Of a stretch of DNA of 64,000 nt, positions 1 to 13,352 are shown one piece after another (the stretch's first letter is position 1; each line of letters opens with the position of its first letter). The stretch is from Octopus bimaculoides (taxonomy: Eukaryota). Position numbers and translations under genes: made by a program. Under the pieces are notes generated by a model, which had not been told where the DNA came from, did not search any database, and saw nothing but the letters and a program-made list of their open reading frames with translations. Location of the stretch: contig NC_068991.1 in the NCBI RefSeq assembly GCF_001194135.2, positions 8,752,930 through 8,816,929 on the forward strand, read 5' to 3'.

Positions 1-444
1 AGAGCAGCCGAAGCAACAACCAAAACACTATAACAACAGTAGCAATACTAACTTGACTGGATAATTTATATTTACCGTTGTATGGCTGTAAGGCCGAATT
101 TTGCTGTAGTGTTGTTGCTAGTAACCCATCGATCGTCACCACCATCATCGATATTCTCATTATCAATCATTATGATTGAGAACTGACCTATAGTAGTATA
201 AAACCCATGAGCGTCATTCCAAGACCGTGATGGAGGACGCGACTGCTGATGATGGAAAGGAATACTGAACATCCTTCATTGTGTTCGGCTCGAGTGCAAG
301 TTGCAGACGATAAATAATGGACCTTTATAGAACTCCGTCCATTTCCATACAACTTTTGCAACTCAGTACAAGTTGAAAACACCAAGACACAATTTCTAAC
401 ATCTGTGTCTTATTTTCTAGCATAATATCTACAGGACAGAGTTA

Positions 445-847
445 GGCGATCTTTCGGTACGAGTTCCTAAATATCGGCCTTTTCCGTAAAAAGTGTCTTC
501 GGCGATCTTTACCAAAGATCGGCCTTTTCCGTAACACCCGCACGATCTTCACTACGGTGTTAGGGTTAGGGTTTTAGTGTCAGGGTTAGGGTTAGTGTTT
601 AGGGTTAGGGACGGAATTCCCTAACGCAAACCCTAAAACCCAAACCCTAACCGTAAACCTAACCCCAACCCTAACTCTAAACCCTTCAAAATAAATCGTG
701 CTCTCTGTATGTCTTTCGCTGTTATGACATCGTTTCCCTGTTTCTCTCCAACACTGTTTACGGAAAAGGCAGATCTTTGGTAAAGATCGCCGAAGACACT
801 TTTTACGGAAAAGGCCGATAATTAGGAACTCGTACCGAAAGATCGCC
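445..847. mobile_element. Young non-autonomous DNA transposon (MITE) with ~90-bp TIRs and 8-bp TSD; Merlin-like GG termini; internal telomere-like repeats
   Basis: TIRs 445-534 and 758-847 (GGCGATC...GATCGCC, 2 mismatches). TSD CAGAGTTA at 437-444 and 848-855. Internal TTAGGG-like tract 560-610 faces a CCCTAA-like tract 619-685. Confidence 0.85.
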
Positions 848-3469
848 CAGAGTTATTCAGTGTATTCTATACGTTTTTAAAACGCGAAGTTTCCTATTCA
901 ACCTCGTAGACAACAACCGAAATGTAGCTAACACTGTACCTTTAGCGTTGTGCTCTCCCCATACCACCTTTATCATTGTTTCCCTCACATCACACTCGTA
1001 CTTTCTACTCATTGACCTTCCTGGTCATCATTTTCTTTTCACACACCTTTGCCTTGAAAGAACGGAAGTGACGTAGTCTTGCAGCAAAGTAACAGCTCTT
1101 TCGGTGTTATGACTAACACTAGAACAGTTGCCTTTCCCCTGTAAGACTAAAGAGTATTTTATCGGGGCACTAACATTACTATGGTAAAATGCTCCTTGTG
1201 CACTCTATATAAAGTGGCTGGTAAACGAACAGAGACTGGAGAGAGGACTCATTAATTTTGCTAAGTGCATGACAACTTCTCTATAACCGATTCCACGGTA
1301 GAATGCACCAAGTAGTTGGTGTTAGGAAGGGCACCCAACCTCAGAAACCCTGGAAACTTTGGGACATACGAGTGACACGTGTTCCGGATCTTCTAAGATG
1401 GTAGTAACTCCAAATGGGAACTGACTAGGATAGTGGCGAATTTACTCCAGTACAGGACTGGTATTTTATTTATCGATCTCAAAAGGAACAAGAGCGAAGT
1501 TGATCTTGGCGAGATAGGCGTTCAATGTGTGGAAAACCGGAACGATTGCCGTAAAGCAATCTATCTGACGCTCTAACGACTGAAAAATCAACCGTCTAAG
1601 CACCAATCGCCTCTTGCCAAAGCAGTTGCTCCTAAATAGTTATTTAGTGGTCCAATTTCTCTTAAATTTTGTACTATCTTTAAAAGAGGAAGTATATGTA
1701 TACTTTATGATCGGATGCTCAATAAAAATAGGATTGTTTTACAGGCAATTGAATTGTATGGTGAAAATCAAGCGTTCCCACTGTAGCAACTATGACGTAC
1801 TTGAACACTAGTTTACTTCTATGTAAATGATATGTTAACCGTAAACCAAAGGTCAAAATGTAAAATTTCAAATTGTTAGGGTAGAGGAATTGCTCTTTAG
1901 ATCTGGTTTCATAGCATTAACCCAATGAGACAGCTCTCTCTTCTATCTCCCGGATAACGTTACGAGATCATCTATCCCTGTTAGCTAAGGGAACCGAAGT
2001 TGAATTGGAATTGATGTTCAAATACACAATGAAATGCCTGCAGTGGATTTGAATACAAGGCCTTTAACTCTTTGCTTGTCCTGTGATACAGAGGACATAT
2101 CTCCCAGGCGTCCATTCATTCATCATATACGATACATATTATCAATTTCTTGACGAGATAGGCGTAACTTGGGGCTTATGAAAGGAGAGCTTCATATCAC
2201 TAAGAGCGTATGAAACAAGGGCTAGGTGCAAGTCTGGAGAGAAGCTTGGACGTTCAGGAGAACCTTACGAAAAAGGAGTTATAATTCAACATGAACTTTA
2301 AAAAAAGAGCCCTTATATTCCGCATGATACTCCTCACACATCAAACATTGGAATACAAGATGTGCAGCTTGAGCTCTGTCCACTATGAAAATTAGGATAT
2401 TTCACAAACAGATTAATAAATATGATAAAACGATAAGTTGACGACTATAGGTCTATTAAAAAAAATGTCTGAGACGAGACTATACCCTATTCTCTAACAA
2501 ATTTTTCTTCCCAATCTACTTTAATTAGAATTACATGTGACCTAATTCATCTTACCAGCTCAAACTGAACCAATGAGAGCCTCATACAAAGACGCTAAAC
2601 TTGCTAGAAATAGCAGCCAAATCTTTCGGTGTACATTCTACTGTCTTGAATGCTTGCCAGATTATGAACGGACTTTCAAACAGATGGTGATCATACATTT
2701 GAGAGAAGTTCTTCAGTAGGGCTGCACGGAGTTACACATCTATACAGAAATAGTTCACACTCATTTTAAATACAAACATATGTAAGAAAAGAAAATAAAA
2801 AATTTGGTGCTGGAGAAAGAAGGGTTATAATTTTTTCTTTTAACCAATTCTTTCTCTCCCACCAAACACTGTTTACAATTTTATAAGAAAAAATGAACTA
2901 CGTTTCGATCTGTTGTTCTCTTTAAGTGTTTCGAGGGTCGTGAGTTCGATAAAATATTACATCCGTGGAAACTGGCTAAGTTAAATATGATTAATAACAC
3001 CAGACAAGTGGAAACGGAATCCCTAGATACGCGGCCAGAATCACGAGCAAACCATCATAGTTTCACGTGATCGGTCTATTAGCTGATCAACCAGCAAGAA
3101 GCGATGGCGTGAGCAGGTTTTCTCGAATATTCTAACACTTGACTTCCGATCCCCAATAAAAACCGGCGCGCATTTTTCACCAGCCAGATGACCCACGAAG
3201 ACGACTAAGACAGATAAGTGACTGGAACTTCCGTCGCCCCAAATGTAGCACATTCGGTTTCCAGTTATGATGGGCAAGTTTCAGGTTGTGGTATCGATAG
3301 CTTACCGTAAACTCCAAGCAGTATCCCTCCAACGCAATTTGATTCTATAGCCAGCAAAAGCCATTAAAATCAACCCGACTCAGTGCGTGACCATCAGCTC
3401 ATCACCACTATGACCAAGACAAGAAGATCAGAGGAAGCAAAAGCCGTCACACATGCAATTCTTATCACC

Positions 3470-3862
3470 GCAGCTTCTTTACATGGTTGTACTGTCTTTT
3501 TCAAAAATCGATTTAGCACGCGCCTTTTATAAGATTTCTGTAGAATCTACTGATCTTCCTAAAACAGCCATAACTACTCCTTTAGGACTTTTCGAATTTC
3601 TTAAAATGTCTTTTGGTCTTCGGAAAGGTGCTAATACATTCCAGAAATTTGTCGACGAATTCACTCGCGATTTAGACCTTTTTTTTTTGTTTTTGCCTAT
3701 ATCGACGATTTGTTGATTGCTAGCCCCACGGAAGAGCAGCATGAACAGCATTTAAGAACAATCTTTTCTAGATTGTCATAATTCGGTGTTGTAATTAACT
3801 CCAGTAAATGTCTTTCTAGCGTTTCTTCTATTACATTCTTGGGACATATTATTGATAAAGAT
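3470..3862 (+). mobile_element. Degenerate Ty3/Gypsy reverse transcriptase fragment
   Basis: Translates across frameshifts as ASLHGCTVF/SKIDLARAFYKI...PKTAITTPLGLFEFLKMSFGLRKGANTFQKFVDEF, then IDDLLIAS, EEQHEQHLRTIFSRL and FLGHIID. Confidence 0.9.
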
Positions 3863-4348
3863 ATCGATGATCTATGGTATGCCAGCGATAACAACATCAA
3901 TTAAATTACCACGTCTAATCTTTCTTTCTCAAAATGTCGCCCCCTTAGAAATCCCCACCCCACTGTGACTGTTAAACTGCAGTTGTTCAACAGAAACATT
4001 AACAACAATTATCTCTTCGACCTTGGTGAGTTTACGAAAGACTTGGGCATAGCACTTTTCTTCAGATAAATGAAAAAAAAGAAAAGAAAAAGAAAAAACG
4101 AAATTATTAAAGACAATTCTAGCTACAATTATCCTGTCTCTATTCAAACTATATATCTAAAACTACATTATCGAAATACGGCTGTTATTTTCAGCATTTC
4201 GAGCAACCATATGAAAGTTCGGTTCATGGAAAGAACAATATGCCGTGTTCACAGAACGAACACTATAAGGGTATACTCGTCGGAAAGACTTTATCGTAGA
4301 AGCATATGTTCACTAAGATGGTTGTAGCACAGTATCTATATATCTTCT

Positions 4349-4396
<48 letters not shown>

Positions 4397-5738
4397 ATCT
4401 CAGAATGCAGTTGGAATGTAGAACTAAATGCTGAAAGGCATTTTAGTCTGATGCTCTAAATTTTTTTTTTACCGCTCCACTGCTTTTCCCGATACCAACT
4501 ACTGAGTTGGAAATTTTAAATAAATAAATAAATGAATAAAAGTCAGATACATCTTCACCATTGAATGTTGTAATAGCTGGAACAGAAGATAGTCTTAAGA
4601 AGAAGTTTGTAAATAAAGAAAACAAGACAGGCAAATAACTAGAATACACGTAAATGGTGTTATCGCAATCTTTACAAACACATTACGACTATTATACATG
4701 CACACATAACTCCATATGCCAGCTGCATCATGCTTCCATCAATAACTAACTAATTAACTATATATATATTAAAGTGCAATAACGTTGATTTGTGAATCCC
4801 CCCGCCTCTTCTGTTGCCTTAATCTAAGACTGTTTCCAAACTTTTGTTAATCTAACCAATAATACCAACGTCTTAAATCTTCCACGGTGGTATTCAGAGG
4901 GCAAGTGGAGTTTATTTTGAGTTTGTTTCTTAGACTTTCTCAAAACACCCGAAATGAATTTTTGGCATCCTTTTGGCGCGTCCTACATCAGTGTCTTCGC
5001 CATAGTCACAACACAACCGCCAGACGACAATCGCAGGCACTAACAATAACGATAGTAAACCAAAACAAGAACCTCGACTGTACAAGCAAAATGACAATCA
5101 CAAACCGTAAGCCCTAAAACTCATAATGCCGGAGCTCAACTCGGTTTCCATGGCATATAAAGGAACTGAGATTACAATACTAACCATCCCCTCGCATTGA
5201 ACCGGACATCGCTCCGTCACAGAGTTAATTCCCCATCCATTGCTGGAACTCGTTCTACAACTGAGTGAAATGGAGTGTTTTGCTCAAGAACGCAATGCAC
5301 TGTCTAATCCGGGAATCAAAACCACAACAATCCTCGTTTGGGTGCAACATGTTAACTACTTGACGACGACATACCTTCGTAAGTCAGAAAGTAGCGAAAG
5401 ACGGAGATGAAGTTCAGCTGACCCCGGACGCAGTCGTGAAGAAGCAAAAGTGTCTCTGCCCCTTCCTCAATCACGTCACCTGGCGCTGAGCCCTTGCTAT
5501 ACACTACTTTAAGCCTGCTAAAATAATATTCGAAGTGGTTTAAATGATCGGAAATATAATTTCAAAGTGTTCATGATGTCATAATGAAGATCTGATCAAA
5601 GACTTTGCAAAAAAAAAAAAAAAAAAAAAAAAAAACTAGAAAACATTTTAAATATAAAGTGGAAGTATACAAAAATAAACGTTTTCTATCTTGCAGTTAA
5701 TTTTGTTTCATTTTGAAAAAAAAAACAAAAACATTAAG

Positions 5739-5775
<37 letters not shown>

Positions 5776-7663
5776 ACACACATACACAAGGTTTGTGTTT
5801 TGCCAGTTCGTGGGCAGGCTGCGCTTATAGGCATAAGAGAATATATTCACCGAGGTATTAAAACAGCTGGAGGTATTAAAACAAGCGTGATAACTAGCAT
5901 CAGGTCCCGCTGCAGAAGCGATAGACATTAATGTTTCGTCATCTTTGTGACCTGTCAATACCACCTAAGCGAAACGTCACAAGGGGACACCAAAATCTTT
6001 TTAAGTGCTTCGGGCCTCTCTGGGTCTTAATCCGGTTCTGCACATTACCGTAAATCTCACTGGTACTTTATTTTATCGACTCGAGAAAGATGAAAAGCCA
6101 AGTCCGTACTGGTGGGATCCGAACTCGGAACGTAAAGAAAAGAAAGTGATTGAACATAGCAATGTATTTTAACCTGTTGGCCCAAATTATCTCAATAACA
6201 ACAGCAAACATCTTTACAATAACAATATAACTCCATGAGTTTTTTAAAAAATGCAGAAATTATAATTATTTCTTTCTTAGTTTGGAATTTCTCTCTTCTT
6301 CGTATGTTATTTAATTTATTTCAATAATGTTTTTGAATTTCCGAGGTAACAACTAAAATCAATATACACTATAATGTATAAAAGAAGAAACACATGAACA
6401 CGCATAAAAATACTGAAACGCACGTATACGAATAGGTATGTGCACGCACATAAACGCATACATATGGACAAACGAATACACATACAGTCAACTAAATAAA
6501 CGTATATTATTTTTTAACTTGCACGGTTACATACACACGCACACAGGTGTAAACGCACACAAACATATCCCAGAAAACTAGGTAAATGCGGAAGGAAGAC
6601 GAGCAAAGATAGAGTGCGAAGTAAGCCAGCGAAATGGCCTTGAAACAATTATGGAGAGAGAGAGAGAGAGGGGGGAGGGAGGAAAGAGACTTGTGAACAA
6701 AGATGTTATTTAGAGCATGGAAGCAGATCGGGGTAGGGAGGACGTTTAATAGATGGATTGCTTTTATCGATGCGTTTAACGGAAGATATGAGAAGGAAAT
6801 AGCGAAGGATGACTTGAAGAGACAAACCAATTTCCTACTGTGTAGTAATAGTAGTAGTAGTAGTAATGATGACGACAACGAAGTAGAAACCTGAGAAATT
6901 TTGTAGATCGTTGGTTGGAAACGTTGTTGGAAGCTTTAAAACTAAGGAAAAGAGAAAATATTCAGTTACGTTGGTCAATGAATAAAAATAAATCAAAATA
7001 AAAGCTTAAGTATGATACACAGATTGCTATTTTGAATTAGTACTGCTTCTGCCGCTCATAACAAAATTTTATTTAGCCTGCCGGCTAATTGCAACATCAG
7101 TGATTTTTCTATCACGGTTTTACTGCACCAGTAGTGACTGGTTTGGTCTTAGTATGTATGCGGTTGCCAGTAGATACTCGTTACTGACGAAGCCGAAGCC
7201 AGCAGAAATACGTATTCAGCAATGCCAACACCGCTAATGGACGATTTTCTAGTTCTTTTTTTAACACTGAAAGTCGATAAGAGATGCTGTTTCGAGATAA
7301 TACAACCGTTCATTAGGCTTTCAATGATGTACCTGTTTTATGTACGAGATACAGCGTGCTAAAAAAATGTTGTGCTGAAGAATATAGAAATTTAAAATGT
7401 TTGCAATAAAATATTTAGAGTTGAATAAGTTTCTATGCCGTAGAGATGTCATGGATTCTATTTTTTAGACAGAGCCCTGCAGACAGACCATCATTAGTTT
7501 TCTTGGTTTTATTTTGTTTCAAGTGTGTTATCTGCACTCGTATGGCGAGTCCGGTCCCTGCTAGGAAATATTTCTGTCTCTGTGAACAGAAAAATAGAGT
7601 ATGGAAGGGGATAGGACTGGGGAAGTGTTTAACCATTTTCTCGTTAGCCAGAACTGTACCTTA

Positions 7664-8097
7664 TGTGAAGACTTTATTCAATAGAAAAATGCGAGGGTGA
7701 GAACTTACCCTATATTTTCCGAAGCTGGCGAGATAAACGTTTGTCAACGACCGTTTGGCAGAAATGAAATAACGTTGGTATGGATAACCAAAATATATAG
7801 AGAGGAAGTTAGCATAGTACGAGACAGGTAATCTCGTTCACTTCCTGTTAACGAGCAAAGCAGGTAATCTCGTACTTCCTGTTAAAAAGGGGAGTGGGGG
7901 AAGACAGCGGGAGCTTGGAGCGAATAGAACCAGAACGAGACGGAGCTGCGTACGGGTCGGACTGTTCACCACCTACCTTGAAACCATTGAGACTGGACAT
8001 AATCTCTATATATAAACACTTACTTCCCTGTTTGAACACTTTGTTGTTGCAATCAGAAGGTTAGCCCTTTTTCTTACATTTATAGGTATACGTAACA
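7664..8097 (-). mobile_element. Long terminal repeat (3' LTR) of a Gypsy element
   Basis: On the minus strand it starts TGTTACG immediately after the polypurine tract AAGGGGGAAGAA (8098-8109) and ends AATAAAGTCTTCACA, giving TG...CA termini and a polyA signal. The right boundary is firm; the left boundary is inferred. Confidence 0.6.
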
Positions 8098-8203
8098 TTC
8101 TTCCCCCTTAAAGGAAGAAAGTTGAACGCAGTGAAAACTTTCTTATTTACCAATTTAGGAGAACTGCATAAGGGATACCAATGCATGTAAGATCCTGTCA
8201 CAA

Positions 8204-8265
8204 CTAGCCGGCACGAGATAGAGCATCCGCAATGACATTGTCTTTACCTTTAATGAATATACGTA
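8204..8265 (-). mobile_element. Gypsy RNase H C-terminal motif ending the pol ORF just before the PPT (Gmr1-like order)
   Basis: LRIFIKGKDNVIADALSRAG*, with the TAG at 8204-8206 and the PPT about 95 bp downstream. Confidence 0.65.
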
Positions 8266-8289
8266 ACAAGAGTAACGGGAATAATTCAG

Positions 8290-10580
8290 TTTACATGAAG
8301 CGGGAATAAAACTGGCTGCAGTATGTAACAACGTCCGACCGAAGTGAGTAGACGATACCGGTAACAACAGTTTGTTAATACCGGAAAGGCAACCTACGTA
8401 ATTTTAAAGCTATTGCGATTTTCGTCTAAATCAGTTCAATTTCTCCACCTATCCACAATCTTGAAGATTATTAGTAGGGATTCTACTCCGTGAAATTCCT
8501 TTATTTAATGAGGAATTCATAAATTTTCCAACTTATAAAGGAATCTTCACACTGAGTGAATGTAAGCCGGCATGCCAAAAAAATGGAAAACCGCTGGCAA
8601 AGACGTGTAATGATTTTTAGTGCAACCATGTTTTCACACACAAAAACAATAGGAAACCTTGGAACAGCCATCCGCAATATTAAGATAACATCGATACTTA
8701 TCGATATTAGGAGATATTTTGACCTCTTCTATAGTATCGACTCGATGTTTAAAAGGTGTCGTTTGGCCGTTCAAAAGTCTGAGTAATCTTTATGAGATGT
8801 GTTTTGCTTGATTGACGAAATTTTGGTTTGCACTTTGAACTTAATTTACACAGAGGAATCACTCGTTGGTCATTCTCGACGGAGTATGGCATGTTTTTAA
8901 ATGTAATGAAGTGATGCAAGTTGACCCCAAGTGGTACAAAACATTGTGAAGTTTAGCTATGGATCTGTGATCACGAAATGTCGTCTTGGAAATACGATCT
9001 GGGAAACGCCTTGGTAGGAATATAATGTCTCGCTTGTAACAGAATAATTTCTTTCTCCAACACAAAACATTGTCATTCTTTATTCTATGCCACTTATCAA
9101 ATACGTAGCTTACAGAACATTGGCCAGTGAAATGCCTACATGTCATAGAGTGACGTCAAGGCCATTTCGTTTCAATAATAGCTTTTTTTTCTACTCCTTG
9201 AAATGCTTATAAAGAAGAAAGCTTATAGACAGTCTCTTGGGTTGAAATCGACTAAAACAGCAACGCTTAGCGCATCTGCCTCAATTTTCAGTGGTATAAA
9301 CTTATCGTCAGCTTTTACTATCGATTCTTCAGTATCCTTCTTGAGTATACGGAACGATGTTTCTGTCTTTAGAAACTAACTTGTAATACTCAAAGGACGA
9401 ATAAACACATATGCATTGAATATATAATATATATTCTTTCAGAATAATAGGATAAAAGGCCAACATTTTTGCAAAGTAACTTAATATTCTAAGGAACAAT
9501 AGCTCTCATGGAGGTTGGAGTCGGTTAGGATTTGGATGCATCTCGGTTTTCAACTACATAACCAAGGACGTTCAGTTTTTCAGCCGAAAACGTACATTTA
9601 CCCTCGCTGTAATAATTATTCCTTCGTTTTGTAGCCGTAATGAACATTTGAGATATTATATAGATTGCTGTCCAAGTATGCAAAAGTTCCAACTAGTTTT
9701 TCTTCCTAGATAACTAAAATTCATAATACACAAGAAACAAATCACTATTTGTCACCTCAAAAGGCGACTCCAGCAAATTGTAAAAGCTTCTTCAGGCTTT
9801 GGATGCAGTGTATTGCTGATCGTCATTTCTCATTGAAACTTAGTGGAAGCCCAACGTAAATCAAGCAACATTATTCATTAAGATTCTCGTCAAGAACTGA
9901 AAATGTTTCGTTTTTTATAACCTGTACATGTCAAGAGGATTTACAGGGCTGAATTAATACTTCCCTTAGCAATTGTTGAATTTCTTTTTCTATAATTTTG
10001 CGGCCAACGTATAAAGCACTAAAATCCAGAAATAGCAAGGGAAGGCAGATCTCCTTCATAAGCCAGCATTACACCATCATGAAACCCCTGAAAGCCCTGG
10101 CCAAGAGTAAAGTCAGAAGGTTAAGATTGGCAAACCTTAAAATTCTGTTTTACAGTAAATGCTGATGGATCAACAATAATTCCAAATCCCTGATAAAACA
10201 ATGTCGAACTGACTTTCACAGCGTAGAGCAGTGGTCACAAACTGAAAGTTTCAATCTTTTTCATGAAGTCGTTAGGGTTTCCATATATTCTTTTAACGAC
10301 TCTCCGATCTGCTGCCACAGAAGTGTAAGAAGAGCGTGCAAAAATTTCATTCTGAGTTTTATGTATAGTTTGTGAAGCACTTACGGACGTTTTCAAAAGT
10401 TATATATTCTATGATAATTTCGTATCTCTGAAGACTCAACGTTTATGAGACGAAACTCATTTAAACTGACTTGAAGTAAAACTAACAAAAATTTCGAAAG
10501 TTTTATGATCAGACGTTGCTGAGCTGGAATCGACATTGAGCTGTTCATCTCAAGTCAAAGCAGACGATCTATTATGAAGT
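8290..10580 (-). mobile_element. Degenerate, internally deleted Ty3/Gypsy LTR retrotransposon (gag-PR-RT-RNaseH-IN order)
   Basis: Minus-strand motifs in order: gag NEIFAR..QQIGESLKEY (~10350-10290); protease C-terminus LGQGFQGFHDGVMLAYEGDLPSL (~10120-10040); RT IEKEIQQLLRE..PCKSS, TFAYLD, KCTFSAEKLNVLGYVV (~10000-9540); RNase H FRILKKDTEES, FDKWHRIKND (~9360-9050); integrase KLHNVLYHLG, CKPKF, FGMPAYIHS (~8960-8300). Many stops and frameshifts. Confidence 0.85.
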
Positions 10581-12409
10581 GAGTGGCTTACATAACGTAG
10601 TCAGTTTCTGATCACGATAAGTGCAGTATGGTTGAATAGTGTTTATGTTACAATAGAAACCTTATCTGAAGGTTTTATCCAACATAAAATTGCATGTAAC
10701 AATGTAACACTTATTCGATAGCTTAAACAGTATACAATTGACTATATTCAACAGATAAAACTGAGTAAACCTTGTTCATTCTCATGAACAACTTCCTCTC
10801 TTACCAAGATAGTCGAAACGCTAGGTAATAGAGGAAGGGCAAAAGGCGAATATAGCCTCCCTTTTATTGTTTGAGTCAGTTCAGTCATTTTAATATTTAA
10901 GAATTCGCGTTTGCAACAAGGAATTCACTGCTGCGATCTATGTAGCTTACAGTAAATGAATTTCTCAAATCATCTTGTATACACTATAAATAAGTTGTAA
11001 GCTTCCAATCTTCTCTCTCTGGATAAAATGGGAGTATTCTTTCTCTTACCGATCTGTGTATGGGTAGAATGTAAGTGTTCTTTCTCTCAAGAACGTCAAA
11101 CAAGAATGGAAATAAGCAGATCAATCTCTTCCTTCCTTCATTACAAAGAGGTAAAATCTGTGATGTAACTAGTTTACTTTTGAGAGCTAAAACTGTATGA
11201 TTATTTTAAGTTCCAAAATTATCGCGTTTCGTTTGTATGTAGGTTTTACTTAACACTGTTTATAACTCGACTTATTGACATCCTGGTTATATGTGCATAC
11301 ACAAACACTAAACAGATTTGAATAAGATACACACAGACTAGAAATAATTGGTTTGAACGGATTTTGTACATCTACGAAATATGTAATACACGAACAGACT
11401 ATATTTATATAATAGTTAACTTATACACATGCATTACATTAATAGGATACATAAATAGACCCCCCTCCCTAGTAACAACAGCAGTTAAATAATAATTTAC
11501 TGAGATCGTCATTTCACGGTTAGTGAACAACGGAAACTGAGTCAGAGGACATGACTTTTTCTCCCCATCTACAACCCGTGCCCCAAATTAACATCAGACA
11601 AGTCATTTAGTCAGATTTTTTAGCACACTACTTCCGCCTCTGCTCAAAATAACTGCTAAAATGATTGTTTCTAATTTAGGCACAAGGCCAAAAATTTGAG
11701 GGGAGGGGAAAGTGGCTACTATCGATCTCAGTAGTTGACTCGTACTTTATTTTATTGGAAACTGAAAGAAGCTTGTCGTGTGTGTGTGTATGTGTTTATC
11801 TTTGTGTCTGTGTTAGTCTCTCATCACTGCTTGACAACTGGTATGGTTGTGCTTAGCGGTTCGGCTAAAGAACCGATAAAATAAGCACCAGGCTTTCAGG
11901 ATTAAAAAACTAAGTACTAGGGTCGATTCATTCGGCTAAAACCCTTCAAGGCAGTACCCCAGTATGGCCACAGTCTAACGACTTAAGCAAAAGATAATGT
12001 TATTTCCAGTTACATTTTTCTTGTGAACTAAGTATTTTTGGCTGGGAAATTGAATCGCCTTTTTTTTTTCTCTCCATATTTTCTGTCCATAAAAATGTGT
12101 TTATTTGTGCTTAAGATTTTTCTGGGTGGGGTAGGAAAGAGAGAGGGGCAGGTGCAGGACTAGAAATTCGACGGAGTGGTTTGTGGATTAAATTGACCCC
12201 AGCACGACATGCTTTGTGCTTCTTTCATCCACTTTGGAAGGATAGAGGGCAAAGTTGACCTCAGTCGGATTTGAACTCAAAATGGTAACTACATAATTGC
12301 AGGGTATTTTGTCCAGCATAGTACCAATTCTACCAATCCAGAATCATGAATAATGATGGTGGTGATGATACAGATGCAAAACAGAAGGGGTATCTTTGCT
12401 TCACTTAAC

Positions 12410-12462
12410 CTGATGTCAGCATATGTGGAATACTTCCACTCTTTCCTCTGATCAACTTTCTT
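12410..12462 (-). CDS. Candidate 53-nt minus-strand exon (KKVDQRKEWKYSTYADIR in phase 0)
   Basis: Acceptor tatttcattctttcag|, donor AG|gttaag. Weak resemblance of RKEWKYST to the PTPN12 segment RTEKIYPT. Confidence 0.25.
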
Positions 12463-12479
12463 CTGAAAGAATGAAATAG

Positions 12480-12485
12480 TGTGTG

Positions 12486-12516
<31 letters not shown>

Positions 12517-12557
12517 AAGAGAGAGAGAAAAAGAGAGAGAGAGAGAGAGAGAGAGAG
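12480..12557. repeat. (GA)n microsatellite, representative of numerous (TA)n, (CA)n, (GA)n, (TAC)n, (GAT)n and (ATT)n tracts; most N-gaps are flanked by (TA)n
   Basis: Directly visible. Confidence 0.95.
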
Positions 12558-13316
12558 GTTTTTGAATGAGCTATTTTCTGGCAGAGCAGAATATTATCTG
12601 GCAGATAGACGGACATTAGGGGACAGGCAGACAGAGAAATAGGTCTGGCAATAAGAGACAGACAGGCAATAAGAGACTGGCAGATAGACAAGTAGATAAT
12701 AAATGACTAACAATAAGAAACAGATAGACAGACAGACAGACAGTAAGAGACTTAAAGACAACCAATAATAGTCATGTAAACAGAAAATAAGAGACACAGA
12801 GACAGGTTGACAGACAATAAGATGGCAGCCAGTCAGCCAACTTGAAGAGACAGAAACAAGAAAAGAGAAAAAAAGTGAGAGACACAAATATTGGATGTAA
12901 AAATCCTGCTGAGAAATGATACTAAGATGCCACACCTTGTACTGAGAAAACTGTAAGAGAAATCAAGACAAGATAAGGAAATATTTATTTGCCAAAAATT
13001 ATAAACAAGCATTTGAGAATACCCTCATATGCAAAATTATATCAAGATAAGAAAATGAAGAGAAGAGAAAGTGTGCATCTTGGAAAGAAAGGCCAGAGAC
13101 TGTATTTTGTAGGTGTTGACATAGATAACGTATTTGATGATTGCAGACACATACACACACATGCACATATACACACATGCACATACACACACATAAAGAA
13201 ATACACATAGAGACACACTGAGGCACATACAGCAATGCACATGTACACATATATTTACTGATACACATACATTGGAACTCCCATCACTGTCATGACTAAT
13301 CTAAAATGATTCTGAG

Positions 13317-13352
<36 letters not shown>

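Noticed and set aside
560-685. True telomere or chromosome-fusion scar
   Set aside because: The repeats are short, degenerate and enclosed by TIRs and a TSD, so they belong to a transposon.
8859-9146. piggyBac C-terminal cysteine-rich domain (KTTFR...KLH)
   Set aside because: The flanking sequence shows this is the Gypsy RNase H end plus the integrase HH zinc-finger region.
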